Both the position numbers and the translations under genes were made by a program. Shown piece by piece: positions 40,624 through 55,000 of a stretch of 64,000 nucleotides of DNA. A model generated the notes under the pieces. It made no database searches. It was given only the letters and a program-made list of their open reading frames with translations, and was not told where the DNA came from. The DNA comes from Chrysomallon squamiferum (lineage: Eukaryota > Animalia > Mollusca), in contig CM022665.1 in NCBI GenBank assembly GCA_012295275.1, positions 48,298,001 through 48,362,000 on the forward strand, given 5' to 3'. Each line of letters starts with the position of its first letter. Position 1 is the stretch's first letter.

Positions 40624-42513
40624 CAAGAATATTTAATATATAACATGAGTGAAACATACACCAACACAGCAGAGATGGAAACAAAATAAATTTGTGTCTG
40701 TATGTATGTATGTATGTATGTATGTGTGTATGTATATATCTGGGAAAACAAAATGTATCTGGTATGTCCCATACCACAGAGTGGAAGACCTAAAAAAAAT
40801 AATAATAATAAAAAAAAAACCTGAATATTTAATATGTAACATGACTAAAACATACCAAACTCAGCTGATACCGAAAAAAAAAAATTAAAAAATTGGTGTA
40901 TGTATCATTGAATGTATGTATTTGAGAGAAAAAAATTATATATCTAGTATATCCCACACCCCAAAGTGGCAGACCTAAAAGAAAAAAAAAAGAAAAAAAG
41001 AAAGAAAGAATAGAAAAAAAATTAATATTTAATACGTAACATAACCAAAACATAGCCCAACACAGCAGAAATAGAAACATCAATAAACTTGTGTATGTAT
41101 TTGAAAACTAAAAAAAAAGTTCTATCCAGTATATCCTATACTGTCAGATCTCAGTAACAAAAAACATACATAATTTAATATGTAACATTACTAAACTTTA
41201 CTCTTTTTTTTTTTTTTTTTTACTACAAAAGTATCAGGTCCCTAAACAATGAAATTTCATCTCAAAATCACATAACATCTAATTGTAACTCAGAATTTGT
41301 CAGATGGAAAAGTAGTTTAAAATAATTAAAATAAGTTAAAAAAAAAAAAAAAAAAAATTCATAATTGTGTAGACTGGTAAATTAGAAAACTTTTGTAGTT
41401 TACCTGAATGTAAAATAAAATCACTAAACCAGAAATTACAAAAAAGCCAACAAATACTTTATATTACTGAATATTTAATTATCTGTATTCCCTTAACCAC
41501 ATAGAAAATTAAAACTGTTATGTTAAAAACTGAAAACACCTACACACATTCATACATACATACATACATACACACACACATATATATATATATATAAACA
41601 TAAAAACATTACTTTGTAATACACCACACACACACACATGGACAAATAAACACAAAAACATACCTTGTAATAAAACTCTACAAAAAACAAAAAATTTCAA
41701 ATTTATCTCTGTAATCACAAGGAAATTGTGATTACACCGTCACTGTGCTTCTAAAACGTTCTTAATGGAATCTCCTTTACACACATTAAATCCACTTTGA
41801 GAATTATTTGAAATACAACACTAACATCAATCTCAATGTGACCTATGTCAGTCTGAACTGATGTAAAACTGAAATAACAAAGACTTGTTAATTTTTTATT
41901 TATTACTAAGACACTTATCACACTCCAAATATTTTGTTATGTCCACATGTACGTCAATGCTGAACAATGTATGAAGTTTTTAACCTACTAGTGTGATCTG
42001 TGTGTGTATCCAACCACAGCTAATGTAATACAGTTCTGTATTACACAAATACATATTTATTTTTATTTATTTTTATTTTTATTATTATTATTATTTTTTT
42101 TTTTTTTTTTTTTTTTTTTGTGTAATAAAGACAGGTTGATAATAGTAATTTTTAAAATTGATATTATCTTTCATTTTTTTTTTTTTCCCATTTACATCAG
42201 CTTTGAAAATGAGTCAGTGACCTATAAGAAAATATGGACACAACTGACCTACTTTGTTAATAGTATTTACACGTAAAATCAGTGTCACGCACTCACAGAA
42301 TTTGGGAAATAGTTTAGATTGGAACAGAAATAGGTAATAAAAACAAATTCAGTACCATTAACTTGTTAAGTTTAATAAATGTGTCATTGTTCAATTAACA
42401 TTTTATCATTGTTGTAAAGTATGACTCAAAATTTTCTTAATTATTGTTATTATCATTATTTTTCTTTTAATTATTTTTATTTTAACATAAAATTTGAGAA
42501 AGACATAAATGAG

Positions 42514-42568
<55 letters not shown>

Positions 42569-43552
42569 CTAATATGTCAGTAAAAGAGAAAAACACAGAG
42601 AAAGAAAGACGAAAAAAGACAAATGAATGACACAGTGAGAGAGAGAGACAGCAAAAGAGAAAGGTGAGAAAATGAAAGAAAATGAGAGAACATAGAGAGA
42701 GAGAAAGGTTGAAGATGAAGAAAGATTACAGGTTTGGCAATAATGACAAGGTCCGAGCATAGTTTATCTAATCACTTAATGGATTTTTGTCAACCAGTGG
42801 ACAATTTAAATAATTACACTACTGGTGACATGACGATGTCAAAGGCTGGATAAATAAATCACACAATAAAAAAACTACTGTGAGTTTGTTCCACACAACT
42901 TATGAAAATACAATAAATAGTTTTACAATTTTTATACTAAACAAGAGCTTCCAGTGTTGATGTTCAAACATTCCAGTTGATGTTAGTCAGACTATTATTA
43001 ACATTACACTGTGCTGCATCACTGACGCTTAATAACTACTGAAACTTGAAGCAGGTTTTTAACTCCGCTGAATGACCTACATTTCACAGCACCTATTCAC
43101 CTGTACGTTAATGAGATATGTTTACTACCACAAAGTGGTTATAGAAAACATTTCAGACATTTTTGCCAATTACTCTTAAATACTTTTAGATGCTTGTTAG
43201 ATAAAATTATCAACAGAAGAATTTCTTAATGTAATATCTATCTGGCCTAAAGCCTAAGAATATATATATTTTAGTATACACATCCATCAATTGTGAAAAA
43301 TGACTGGAAAAACAAATTTACTTTTCATATCTTAACAACAACAAAAAATGATAATAATAATAATCATAATGCTAAGAAGAAGAAATAAACATACAAACAA
43401 ATAAAAAATGAAAAATAATAGATATTACAGTTTTGTTATGTAACAATGAATTATATATGAAGATGTTCCCAACTGACAGCAAATTAGAAAATAATGAGCT
43501 GATTAGCTTGTATCCTAACAGATACTTTTTCTAAATATAATGTTTAAATAAT

Positions 43553-43618
<66 letters not shown>

Positions 43619-43983
43619 AAATAAACAAATAAATAAATAATAATAACTTTTTATTTTTTTAAATTCATATTTAATTATATATATATAATTGAGATGATAA
43701 CATCTATTTTTCTGGAAAATTATTTATTTCCCCCCCCCAAAAGCTTTCTTAGACATGCATATATTGATTCATCAAATTTGGTTTAGATTATTAAATAAAT
43801 CTCTGATATGCCTAAACCATTTTTAAAAACACATCAACTTACTAATTTTTGCTTATTTATTTTTCATTATTTTTTTCTTTGATTATTTATTTAAAGATTA
43901 AAGTAGAAACTATTTTACACATTTTTTTGCCATTCACAATCATTCCCTGAATGAAATATATATTTCGTTTTATATTAGAATAC

Positions 43984-44025
<42 letters not shown>

Positions 44026-44802
44026 ATATTTCAAGAAACAATCCTGCTGAAAAAATCAGACACTGACAAGGTTATTCTTATGATTCAAAAGTGTAATGTA
44101 CATCTTTGAATCTTAAGATAGGGTATTACCGGTATTCTTATTAATATCACACACATAAGCAATTGAATTGCCGAATAGGTTAGAATGAGGCGTAAGAACA
44201 TACCAAAAACATTTATTTTTATTTATCACACCTAAATATTTCAAATAATTGTTCACAAAATGTAAATAAATTAACTTCTTGCTAAAATAAATGAGATGTC
44301 GATGATATTTTATGACAGGCAATGTGTCTGATCGTCTTATCATCATGGTTTCACGTTTGTAGGTATAATTATATTATATTAAATACTTACTGATTTCAGC
44401 CACCAGTATAAAACTTGTCGTTTCCCTCCATAACGCAGGAAAAGTATCCAAATATGTATAAATATTTATTTCCTTTTTATTTTAATACTACCTATTAGTT
44501 TACATTATTTATTTATTTATACCCATAAAATATCAACCTTACAAGAAAGCAAAATTTATGTACATATTTTGTTTCTTGAATTACGATAGAAGTATTGAAC
44601 CAGTCTAGTGATTTTGTTCGATCGCGCACACGCGAGTAAATCCGAACGTGAATGCACACATCAAAAATTGTTCTTGGAAACAATTATATTGAATTTAAAA
44701 TATCTAATTATATTTTTGTTTCTAATTACTAGTGAATATTTCATGAATCATACTGTTATCTTCTGATTCTTTTGCAGATTCACGTTTACAAATACGACTT
44801 AC

Positions 44803-44821
44803 CTGCCCTTTGTTTAGTCAT
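44803..44821 (-). other. Candidate 3' end of a CYB5R4 5' leader exon containing an upstream ATG
   Basis: ATGACTAAACAAAGGGCAG|GTAAGT perfect donor; another GTAAGT donor near 44390. Confidence 0.4.
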
Positions 44822-44933
44822 AACTTGAAAGTTTTCGCTTGTTACGATCAGTTGAATTTCAGCATCCGTTTGTTTGACTGGCACTTAATCGAAAAATTAG
44901 TGAATTACAGTGACAAAGTTAACATTTATCGTC

Positions 44934-45893
44934 ATGTTTAATCGAAGATTAAAGAGAAAATGTTTGCCTGATTGGATTGGAGTTTCATCTGCCGATCCGG
45001 ATGCAACCACTGTAGACCCAGTCTGTACACTCGATTTGAAAACTGAGTGCGACAGTTCGAACACTTTATCCGTGGCGGGAAATTCAGATAAGGATAGTAC
45101 AGACAGACTTACTGATAAAAAACAATCAGCAAAAGAAGGAGCATGTTATAGGAATGATTCATTAGATATCGATACTAATAAAAAGAAAACTGAAACAAAG
45201 AAACGAAAACCAGGCATTAACTTTCTTTCAGCTTCAAACTCGGAGAAAGAACGCAATTCTCGTTTGTTTGATGAACGTCTTGCTTTGTCTTTGCCATTAC
45301 TGGTGTACAAAGGTTCGATCATATATTCGTACAATACAAATGACTGCTCGTTTTTGTGTGAAGACTTGACTGAGAAATTAAACTCTTCCGGCGATATGTT
45401 TGCTGGGTTTGACATGGAGTGGCCTGTGTTGTACGAGAAAGGTCGAGGAAGTGGCAAAGTGGCCCTCATACAACTCAGTATCTCGGACGAAACGTGTTAC
45501 CTCTTCCATTTGTCGGCTATGGAAAAGTTTCCAGAACGTTTGAAAACGTTACTGCAGGACAAACGCTTAAAGAAGACTGGAATAAACATCGAGTCGGATT
45601 TGTGGAAATTAGCTAGAGATTTTGATGGTATTGATGCCAAGGCTACCATTGATAATTCATTAGTTGACCTTAGCAAGTTCGCAAACGAGAAACTGAAAAG
45701 TTCTGAAAACTGGAGTCTGGAAGGCTTATGTCGCCATGTTCTCAAAATGAGGTTGGACAAGAACCAAAATGTCCGTTGTGGTAGCTGGCAACGTTACCCG
45801 TTGTCAGAAGAGCAGAAGCTGTATGCTGCCACCGACGCTTATGCATCTTTGAAGATTTTTAACATTTTGTCTGCTACTACCTTTTCAGCATAG
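44934..45893 (+). CDS. Stand-alone Werner-syndrome-type 3'-5' exonuclease (WRN exonuclease domain only), intronless, with N-terminal Ku-binding motif
   Basis: GSIIYSY..DCSFLCED, GFDMEWP, KVALIQL, CYLFHLS, ESDLWKL, WSL..L, RCGSW..YPLSEEQKLYAATDAYAS follow the human WRN exonuclease domain closely; DEDDy residues intact; stop right after the domain. Confidence 0.9.
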   Translation: MFNRRLKRKCLPDWIGVSSADPDATTVDPVCTLDLKTECDSSNTLSVAGNSDKDSTDRLTDKKQSAKEGACYRNDSLDIDTNKKKTETKKRKPGINFLSASNSEKERNSRLFDERLALSLPLLVYKGSIIYSYNTNDCSFLCEDLTEKLNSSGDMFAGFDMEWPVLYEKGRGSGKVALIQLSISDETCYLFHLSAMEKFPERLKTLLQDKRLKKTGINIESDLWKLARDFDGIDAKATIDNSLVDLSKFANEKLKSSENWSLEGLCRHVLKMRLDKNQNVRCGSWQRYPLSEEQKLYAATDAYASLKIFNILSATTFSA

Positions 45894-46531
45894 CTTGAAT
45901 TTCGTTATTTAGCGTGTTAAATTGTTGATATTACAACTTTCTGTAATGAACTGATATTTTTCTCACTGTCATTGGTGTGTGTATTCTATATATATATATA
46001 TACATAGTTAGACCTACCCAGTTGCCGTGACATTTTTATGTATACCACTTTACACACACACACACACACACACGCGCACGCATGCCCACCCCCACACACA
46101 CACAACATACATACATACATGCAAATAAACAACAATAAATAACATACTTTACCGTGTTGCTGTAATAAAAATAGATAAATAAATATAAATAAAATACAGC
46201 GTTTCTATATTCCACTGTATGCAGATACAACACTTCGATTTTATTATTTAGGTCATGTGTCGTCTGCTAAAACAGTGTTAGGCATTTAATTAAGTTAATT
46301 TTGTGTGTCTCGGGTTTCACAAATTAGTATTACTATCGGGGTGAAATCTTCACTCTCATTACCTGCCAGTGGCATTATACATTTGGAACGAATACTTATA
46401 ATCATGCGCATTAGATTATAATTACTACAGAGCAAAAATTTCTTCTGAAATCCGGGGTTACGTAATGGTTGTCGCATTTATTAAAAATTACGTTTAATAT
46501 CTAAAGGCCATAATAACTATAATTTTACATA

Positions 46532-46565
<34 letters not shown>

Positions 46566-46679
46566 TGTGACCATCAAAAAATATAAAATTAAAATAAAGT
46601 TTGTCTAATCTTAGGAGTCAGAAATTATTTCAAAGCCCGTGCTATATTTAATATCCAGTTAAATAGTCTCTGTTGCCGA

Positions 46680-46860
46680 GTAATTATATTTCCAAGCTGC
46701 TATTTTCCGCTGCTTGCGACGTACGATAATAAAGTATTAGCATGTTAAAAAATATGGACGCTGCCATTTTATCTTTTAATGAATCAAGTCGCGATGCCGT
46801 AGTGTTTTGTGGCCAAACGGAAAGTCACAATACTAGACCGTGTCGTTCCGCCCTGTAACA
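46680..46860. promoter_or_regulatory. CpG-containing promoter-like segment with a YY1-like motif
   Basis: GCTGCCATTTT near 46760, CGGAAAGT near 46818, local CpG enrichment. Confidence 0.35.
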
Positions 46861-47358
46861 TGATTAGTAAAACTAATTTTAATTAATAATAATATCATTA
46901 TTTTATAATAAATACTATCGTACGACGGTTTTATATTTATTATTGTTAATTTTTATTTCATGTTTTTTTTTTTATTTATTTATTTATTTATTTTTTTTTT
47001 ATATTATATTATATTATATTATATTATATTATATTATATTATATTATATTATATTATATTATATTTGTTTATTTATTTATGTATGTATGTATTACTTTAT
47101 TTATTTATTTATTTATTATTTTATTCTGCAAATTATAATCTGGTTCTTTATCCCTATAATCTCTTCTGGGCAATATGCACGTTAACCTTTACTTTGAAGA
47201 TCCCCGTTTACATTTATTTCGTTATATATATATATATTTTTTTTTTTTTTCAAAATAAATAAATAAATAAATAAATTATGACATGAACATACACATGCAG
47301 GTTGTCAAAACAATATTTCCATGTTGAAAGAGATTTATAATTATAGGTTTTACCAAAT

Positions 47359-47392
<34 letters not shown>

Positions 47393-48161
47393 ATTTACAT
47401 TCGCTCAATAATTAACCACAGTTAAATTCATTTATTTATATATTTTGTGCAGTTTTTTCACTTGAACTGTTATAATTGATTTAATTTAATTTTAACTGTT
47501 TTAGAATCTAATGCTTTTTCTCCATTTATATCAATTACAACGGTCTGCTTGTTGACAAGGGCGATAACTACGATTTAACATCACCATGACTACAACGCCA
47601 TATTGGTTTATACACTAAAAGTTGACGACGGATTTATATCAGTTGTTATCAAGGGCATTTAAGATTTTTGAAGAAGAGATGCCCTAACGTTAGTATATTT
47701 TTTAACTTGTTTAAGACTGTAACCATTCAAAATTAACTTTTATTGTAGGTTCTGCAAAACTTATTATTATTATTATAATGAATTTACACTGCTTTTACAC
47801 AATACATATGATCTGATGACAACAGGTGCAAAATATGTTGGCCAAATTATACCATAAAATTATTTAGCAGTACAGCTAGATGTTCATGACAAGAGGAAAT
47901 TTAGAATTTTAGAAATCAGTGGAAATATTATATTTTGAAATGAATTTTATTATTATTATTATTATTAGACCCAAAAATTGTGAACACTGTTTTTCTCTTT
48001 TGCATTTAAAACTAAATTCAATGAATATTAAAGCACATATATTTCATTTGAAAAATTGTTAAAAATGAATTTAAAATGATGAAAACAGAACTGTATTTTG
48101 TTTGTATTTTTTTATATGCATATAATTTTTAAATATGTGTTTGTATGAGTGTATGTATGTA

Positions 48162-48193
<32 letters not shown>

Positions 48194-48209
48194 TGTTTAT
48201 AGTTCAATA

Positions 48210-48377
48210 ATGACAACAAGATCATCACGAAGTTCAAGGGCGTTTTCTGCCATCCCGACCCCAAGTCAGCTTGTTACAACACCTACACCTTCGGCTAGTC
48301 AGAGGTATCCAGAAATCAAACAGAGAGGATACTACTCGGATATTATCGGAACTGATGCAGCCTCAGCTATTGCTCCA
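48210..48377 (+). CDS. DNAH1: DNAH1 first coding exon (MTTRSSRSS...)
   Basis: acceptor ending 48202, ATG 48210, CCA|GTAAGA donor. Confidence 0.7.
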
Positions 48378-48422
48378 GTAAGAAATTTCAAATTAAAATT
48401 TTTCACTTTGAATGTGGGTGGA

Positions 48423-48474
<52 letters not shown>

Positions 48475-51400
48475 TGTGTGTGTGTGTGTGTGTGTTTGTG
48501 TGAGTGAGTGAGTGAGTGTGTGTGTGTGTTTGAGTGAGTGTATAAAATTAACATTTTTTTTTTAAATTTCTTCTGTATTAAATTAATTGTCAGTGTAAAT
48601 ATATAAAAAAATTATGAAAATAGTTTGTCTTTAAACTTAAAATTCACAAAATATATATTTTTTTAACATCTCTTTAAATCTTTGCTGTATAAATGTTTTA
48701 ATTCCATGAAAACTGAAAAATAAGATTAAATCTTTTTTTAATTTTCAGTGTCTAGAAACATTAAAAGCTAATAGTATAATTAAATATAAGTTGATAAAAA
48801 CTTTAAATGTTTTTGGTTTGATAGGAGGCACATTTCAGCTCAAATGGGCATAAACCAAATTTTAAAATATACATTGATGAAAATATTAATATTTTTGTTT
48901 CCATTTGATATGATAGTATCACTGCAGGGTCTATGACTATCAGCATGAATGACAGATGGGCACAGACTCCATTTATAAATGTATATTGATGAAGAAACAT
49001 TACTTTTGTTTTGATAGGAGCCATAGCACAGCATTCAATCTGATTGCACTCTCTGACTATGTGTCTAATAGCTTGTATGATAAATGGACATCAGCCATAT
49101 TTTTTAAATACACACTGAAGAAAATGGGGGCACAGTCTAGCATATCACCTGAGTGTCTTTCTGATTGTTAGACTAGAGGGTGTATGACTACTGGCATGTA
49201 TGATTAACGGGCAGAAAGCATATTTTTAAATATACTGTAATGAAAATACTGATATTAAATATTTTTTTTCTGACAGGAGGCAGTGTGTGGACCTGATACC
49301 ATCCAGGACACTCTGTGGACAGTGGCCAAGGAAAAACACACACCTAGAGGTTTATATTTATTTATTTTAATTTTTAAAATTTAAAAATTTTATTTTATTT
49401 TATTTTATTTTATTTTATTTTATTTTATTTTATTTTATTTTATTATTATTTTTTTTTCATTTTTTAAATTTTATTTTACTTTATTTTGTTTTCTATTTAT
49501 TTTCTATTTATCTTATTTTATTTTATTTTATTTTATTTTATTTTATTTTATTTTATTTTATTCAGTTCATTCATTCATTCATTATTATTATTATTTTTTT
49601 ATTATTATTATTATTATTTTATATTTTTTATTTATATTTTTTTTTACTTATTTATTTATATATTCATTTAAATCTCAATGTTCATAGGGTTGTAATAGGT
49701 AATTTATGATGTACAGTTCCAGACTAGTTCGAGAGAGAGAGGGTGTGAGATTAGAGTGACTGTGTGTGACTGTGTGTGTGTGTGACTGTGACTGTGTCTG
49801 TGAGTGTCTGTGAGTACTTATGAGGGAAAGAGAGAGAGTTGAAAATATTTTATTTTAAAACATAGAAGACTTAAATTAAAAAAAAAAATTTTTACCTAAG
49901 CAAGACAGATGCTACTTTTTATGTACTTGCAAATCTAAACAAATACCCTCATTAAAATATATATAAGAATAAAAACAAACTGCAATTGAAAATTTTTTTT
50001 TTTTTCAGTTACAACCTTCAGTGTGGAACAGGATTTTGATGAGACATTGAAACTGCAGATATATGGACCCAGCACAGAGAGAACCGATATCACAGTCAGT
50101 GTTGTATTTTATATTTGTGTACAAAATCATCTTGATGTTATTGTGAAATGAATTGTTAAATGTAACTGATACAGTTCAGTTTTTGTTTCAGTAACAAGTA
50201 CAGAGTGTACTCACATCACAGTCTGTGTTATAATATCTGTTTGTCATTTGTTTATAAAATCAGTTATCTTGTTATTGTAAAATTAATTATTGTATGTAAC
50301 TGATAGTTTAGTTTGTTTCAGTAATTAACAGCTACTACAGAGCACACTGGTATCATAGTCTGTATTAAAATATCTGTCATTTGTTTATAAAATCAGTAAT
50401 CTTAATGTTATTAAAAAATTAATTATTATACATAACTGATACAGCTTCACTTATAATTGTATTTAACAGCTAAAACAGTCAGTTAAATAAGTAGTGTTGA
50501 ATAAATAAGAAATAATTAAAATGGTGAATATTTCTTACATTACAAACAGATGTTACATATGTTTTGGAGTGAATTGAATTGTAATCAAGTTTTGATTTAA
50601 AATTCAGTATTTATGATTTTCTAGGATTTCCCACATAAAGCTTCTGAACCGAAGGTACAACTTGCATTTTATACAAAACCTGGAGAATGTCCAAGGAAAA
50701 TTGAAATTGAAAGGTTTGTTTTTCCATCCTTTTGTTACAATTTAGTTTTTTCATGTTCAAATTTAAACAGTACTGAAAGAAAATCTTATTGGATTTTTGT
50801 TCACTGGATTTTTGTTTAATCTGGATAAGTCATTTAAAAACAATTATGTTGAAAATGTTCATCACTTTGAATATTAAAATGAAATTTTTGTGATCTCTCT
50901 GCAATAAAGTCTAAATGTTAGTAATTTGCTAGTTTGAAATTCACAAATAAATTAAATGAAATTTATCTCGTAAAAATGTTTTTTTTTATAATTTTTGAAA
51001 TATAAATAAACTGGACAGAATGTAAGTTTGTTTGAAATAAATAAACTAGATGAACTGGATGGAGTATAAGTTGGATGAAATTTGTCTTTTGTTTGAAGTA
51101 AAATCTAAACTGGACAGCGTGTCACCTTGTACAGTTACAAAATATAAATTTGAATAATAAAACTGATTTCACCAATCAGGAGACGGCGTCACTTTGCCAG
51201 CTTGAACCTTCAGGAGCTGCTGCACTCCTTCAACATAAAGACTGAACTGCTGATGCCAAAACAGCTCCCTCCTGACTACCAGGTGGTGCTGAACAAAAAC
51301 CCAGATGATCCAGCCCCCTTCCCCCCATACCTCCCCCTGGCAATCTTTGACAATGAGGAGTATGACTGCCGCACCCCAGAAGAGTGGATGGAGCTGGGCG

Positions 51401-51576
51401 TGGAGGACGGAGTGAGAAAGCCCGTTCCGGCACTGCTCTGCTTCCCATCAAGAACGAAGATGCTTTAAGTATGTGTAAACAGTTTTTTTTTCTTCTAGTG
51501 TTACTAACAGATGTACGGACACAGTGATGTGTAAATGAGCATGCAGATGATGTTGATATATATTTATTGTTTTAAT

Positions 51577-51646
<70 letters not shown>

Positions 51647-51735
51647 TATAATAATAATAATAAAAATATTAAAAATAATAATAATCTTATTAATAATATG
51701 AAAGTAATTATAATAATAATGATGGTGATAGTGGA

Positions 51736-51777
<42 letters not shown>

Positions 51778-51996
51778 TTACAGTAATAATAATGTTGTTA
51801 ATAATATGAAAAAAATCATAATGATGATAATGGTGGTGTAAATAACAATAATAATAACAATAATAATAATAATAATAAATATATAAATTAATTGAATATA
51901 ATAATGATAATGGTGTTAATAACAATAACAGGAATTAATCAATAAAAAAAATAAAAAAAATAAAATAAATAAAATAAATGAAATAAATAAATAATA

Positions 51997-52051
<55 letters not shown>

Positions 52052-55000
52052 AATTTTATTTTAATTAAACAATCTGCTACTACAGAGGACCCGACTGATA
52101 TGAGTATTATCTACGACTGGTTTGATGTGGGCGTGCTGGACTACGACCAGTCAAAGAAACTCTACCTCGTACAGAAAACTCACAACGGCCGCGTCGTCGA
52201 TGTGGAGGGGAATACGATGGTCAACGGAGGACTGAGGCCAGACGGTGAGTTTCTTGTTTCTCGAAAACTTTTGTTTGTTGTCAGAAAACAGTTTTAAAAA
52301 CAAATATAATAATAATAATGATGATTTAATAAATTGAAAATTATTACAAAAAGGAGCAAAAACTGTTAAAACAAAATCATGAATGAATTGATTGATATTA
52401 GTAAATATATGTGCTAAATATTTTTCTGTGTTTTGGTGTATTTTTATTAATAATGGCTTTTCAGTGTGTAAGATTTAACTCATCTTGATGGATGTATCCA
52501 CAGCTGTTGCTTGTTTCTTTGCAGTGAAATATTTGTGATTTATTTGTCAGAAATGAATATCCTTCTGAGCATTCATTTATTTTGTGATTATACAAATATC
52601 ATGATGTGTTTTGATAGCTTTGTTTTTTCACCCTTGCTGTTTTACTCAAGATATATCAGTTTTTTCACTGTTTTACTCAAGACATACCAATTTTTTCATT
52701 GCTTTACTCAAGATATATCAATTTTATTTTACCCTTACTGTTTTACTCAAGATATATCAATTTTTCACCCTTACACTTTTATTCAAGATATATCAGTTTT
52801 TTCACTGATTTACTCAAGATATATCAATTTTTTCACTGTTTTACTCAAGATATATCAATTTTTCCACTGTTTTACTCAAGATAAATCAGTTTTTTCATTC
52901 TTACTGTTTCACTCAGGCACACGAATAACCTTACCGTCTCAGTTCTGGATTCCTCGCATTCGACTCATGTTCTGGGGTGAGGATCCACAAATATTTGCAA
53001 AACGCGTCGCGGAGGCGTTTGAATCTCGCAAGCGCTGCGAGTCAGAACTTCGCTACCACCTCTACATCGACTGCATGCCGATGGATGGGGTAGGTGAGCT
53101 GGACACAGCCTCGCTGAAGAGAATGATCGACTGGGCCAAAAGTGCACCTGGACTGTCCAAAGATCAGCAGTGAGTATTTTTTTTTTTTAAATTTAAATAC
53201 CGCAGACTGTAAGTTGATAGAGTAAAAATACTGCAGACTGTAAGTTGATAGAGTAAAAAAACTGCAGACTTTTGATAATAAAAATACTGCAGACTCTTGA
53301 TTAAAAATATTGGACTGTAAGTTGATAGAGTAAAAAATGCTGTTGAAATAATAGTTTAAATATACAGTTTAATAAAATTTAGGATTATTATTGTTATTGT
53401 TATTATTAGTAGTAGTAATGGTAGTAGTAGTAATAGGAATAGCAGTAGTGTTACTATTTTTATTAGTAGTAGTAGTTGTAGTAGCAATGGTAGTAGTAGT
53501 TATAGTAGTAGTAGTAGTATTCTTGTTATTATTATATTATTGTTATAATTAGTTAGTATTAATGTTGTTATTATTATTATTATTATCACTTATGTTACTA
53601 CTATTAACATTGCAATTAGTAGTAGTAATTATATTATTATTATTATCATCATTATTATTACTATTATTACTGTAACTACTACTATTATTACTACTATTAA
53701 CATTATAGTTATTAGTAGTAGTAGTAGTATTACTGTTATTACTGTTATTGTTATAGTTATTATTATTATTATTATATATTAGAGAAAGAAGTAAACGTTG
53801 ATTTTTGTTTTGTTTTGTTTTCAGTGTTGAAGATTATGTACAGGTGTTAGAGAAAGAAGTAAATATTGACTTCTGTCGCTCGATGAACCGAATCATCTTT
53901 GAGAAAACAGTTCAGTATGACCCGCTGACCTTTGCCTTTGTTACGGTTCCCGAGACAACCGAAGTGGCAGTCCCACCAAGAGGTTGTTATCAGTTGTCTT
54001 TTTGTTTTTTTTAATTAATTTTAATTAATTTTTCTAGTACAGATTATTAACAGTTTTTGATATAGAATGATCTGTATTGGATCTTGTTTAATTTTGGATA
54101 ATTTTTATTTGTTGTCATTGTTGTTGTTGTTCTTCTTTTTATTATTATTGTTCTTGTGTTGTTGTTGTTATTGTTATTGTTCTTATAATGATAACTATTG
54201 TTATAATTAATTGCATTCATAATAATTATTTTATCTGTGATACATTAAATCATTGTTTTTTAAAAATATATTATATAGTCAGTTACAAAGATTGCTATTG
54301 ACAAGTATCAGACATATTAAATGTGTGATATTAATTATAACTAAATGTTCTTGCATTCTGGACAATTACAATGATTGCTATTGACAAGTAACTAACACAT
54401 TAAACATCTGATATTAATTATAACTAAATGTTCAGCTTGCAATCTTGACTGTTACAAAGATTGCTAATGACAAGTATCAGACATATTAAACATGTGATAT
54501 TAATTATAACTAAATGTTCAGCTTGCAGTCTGGATGTCCCTGAATACCCATTTGATGAGCAGTACGACCACTTTGCTTTCAACTCCCTGCTCACCAGAGA
54601 GGAGAGTATTGATGCCACTGGCAAAGTGAGGACAGAGTGTAACAAGGTGGCGGCCATGTCACTGTTCCACATCCCCACAGCCAAACCCATGAGACTGGAG
54701 GAGTTTGAACAGACCCAGTCACAGGCTTCATCACAGGTAATATTATCTCTAGTAATAGTTTGTACAGTCACAGGCAATATTATCATTAGTAATAGTTTGT
54801 ACAGACACAGGCTTCATCACAGGTAATATGATCTTTAGTAATAGTGTCTACAGTCACAAGTAATATTATCATTAGTAATAGTTTCTACAGTCACAGGTAC
54901 TATTTGTTATCTCTAGTGATAGTTTGTACAGACACAGGCTGCATCACAGGTAATATTATCTCTAGTAATAGTTTGTACAGACACAGGCTTCATCACAGGT

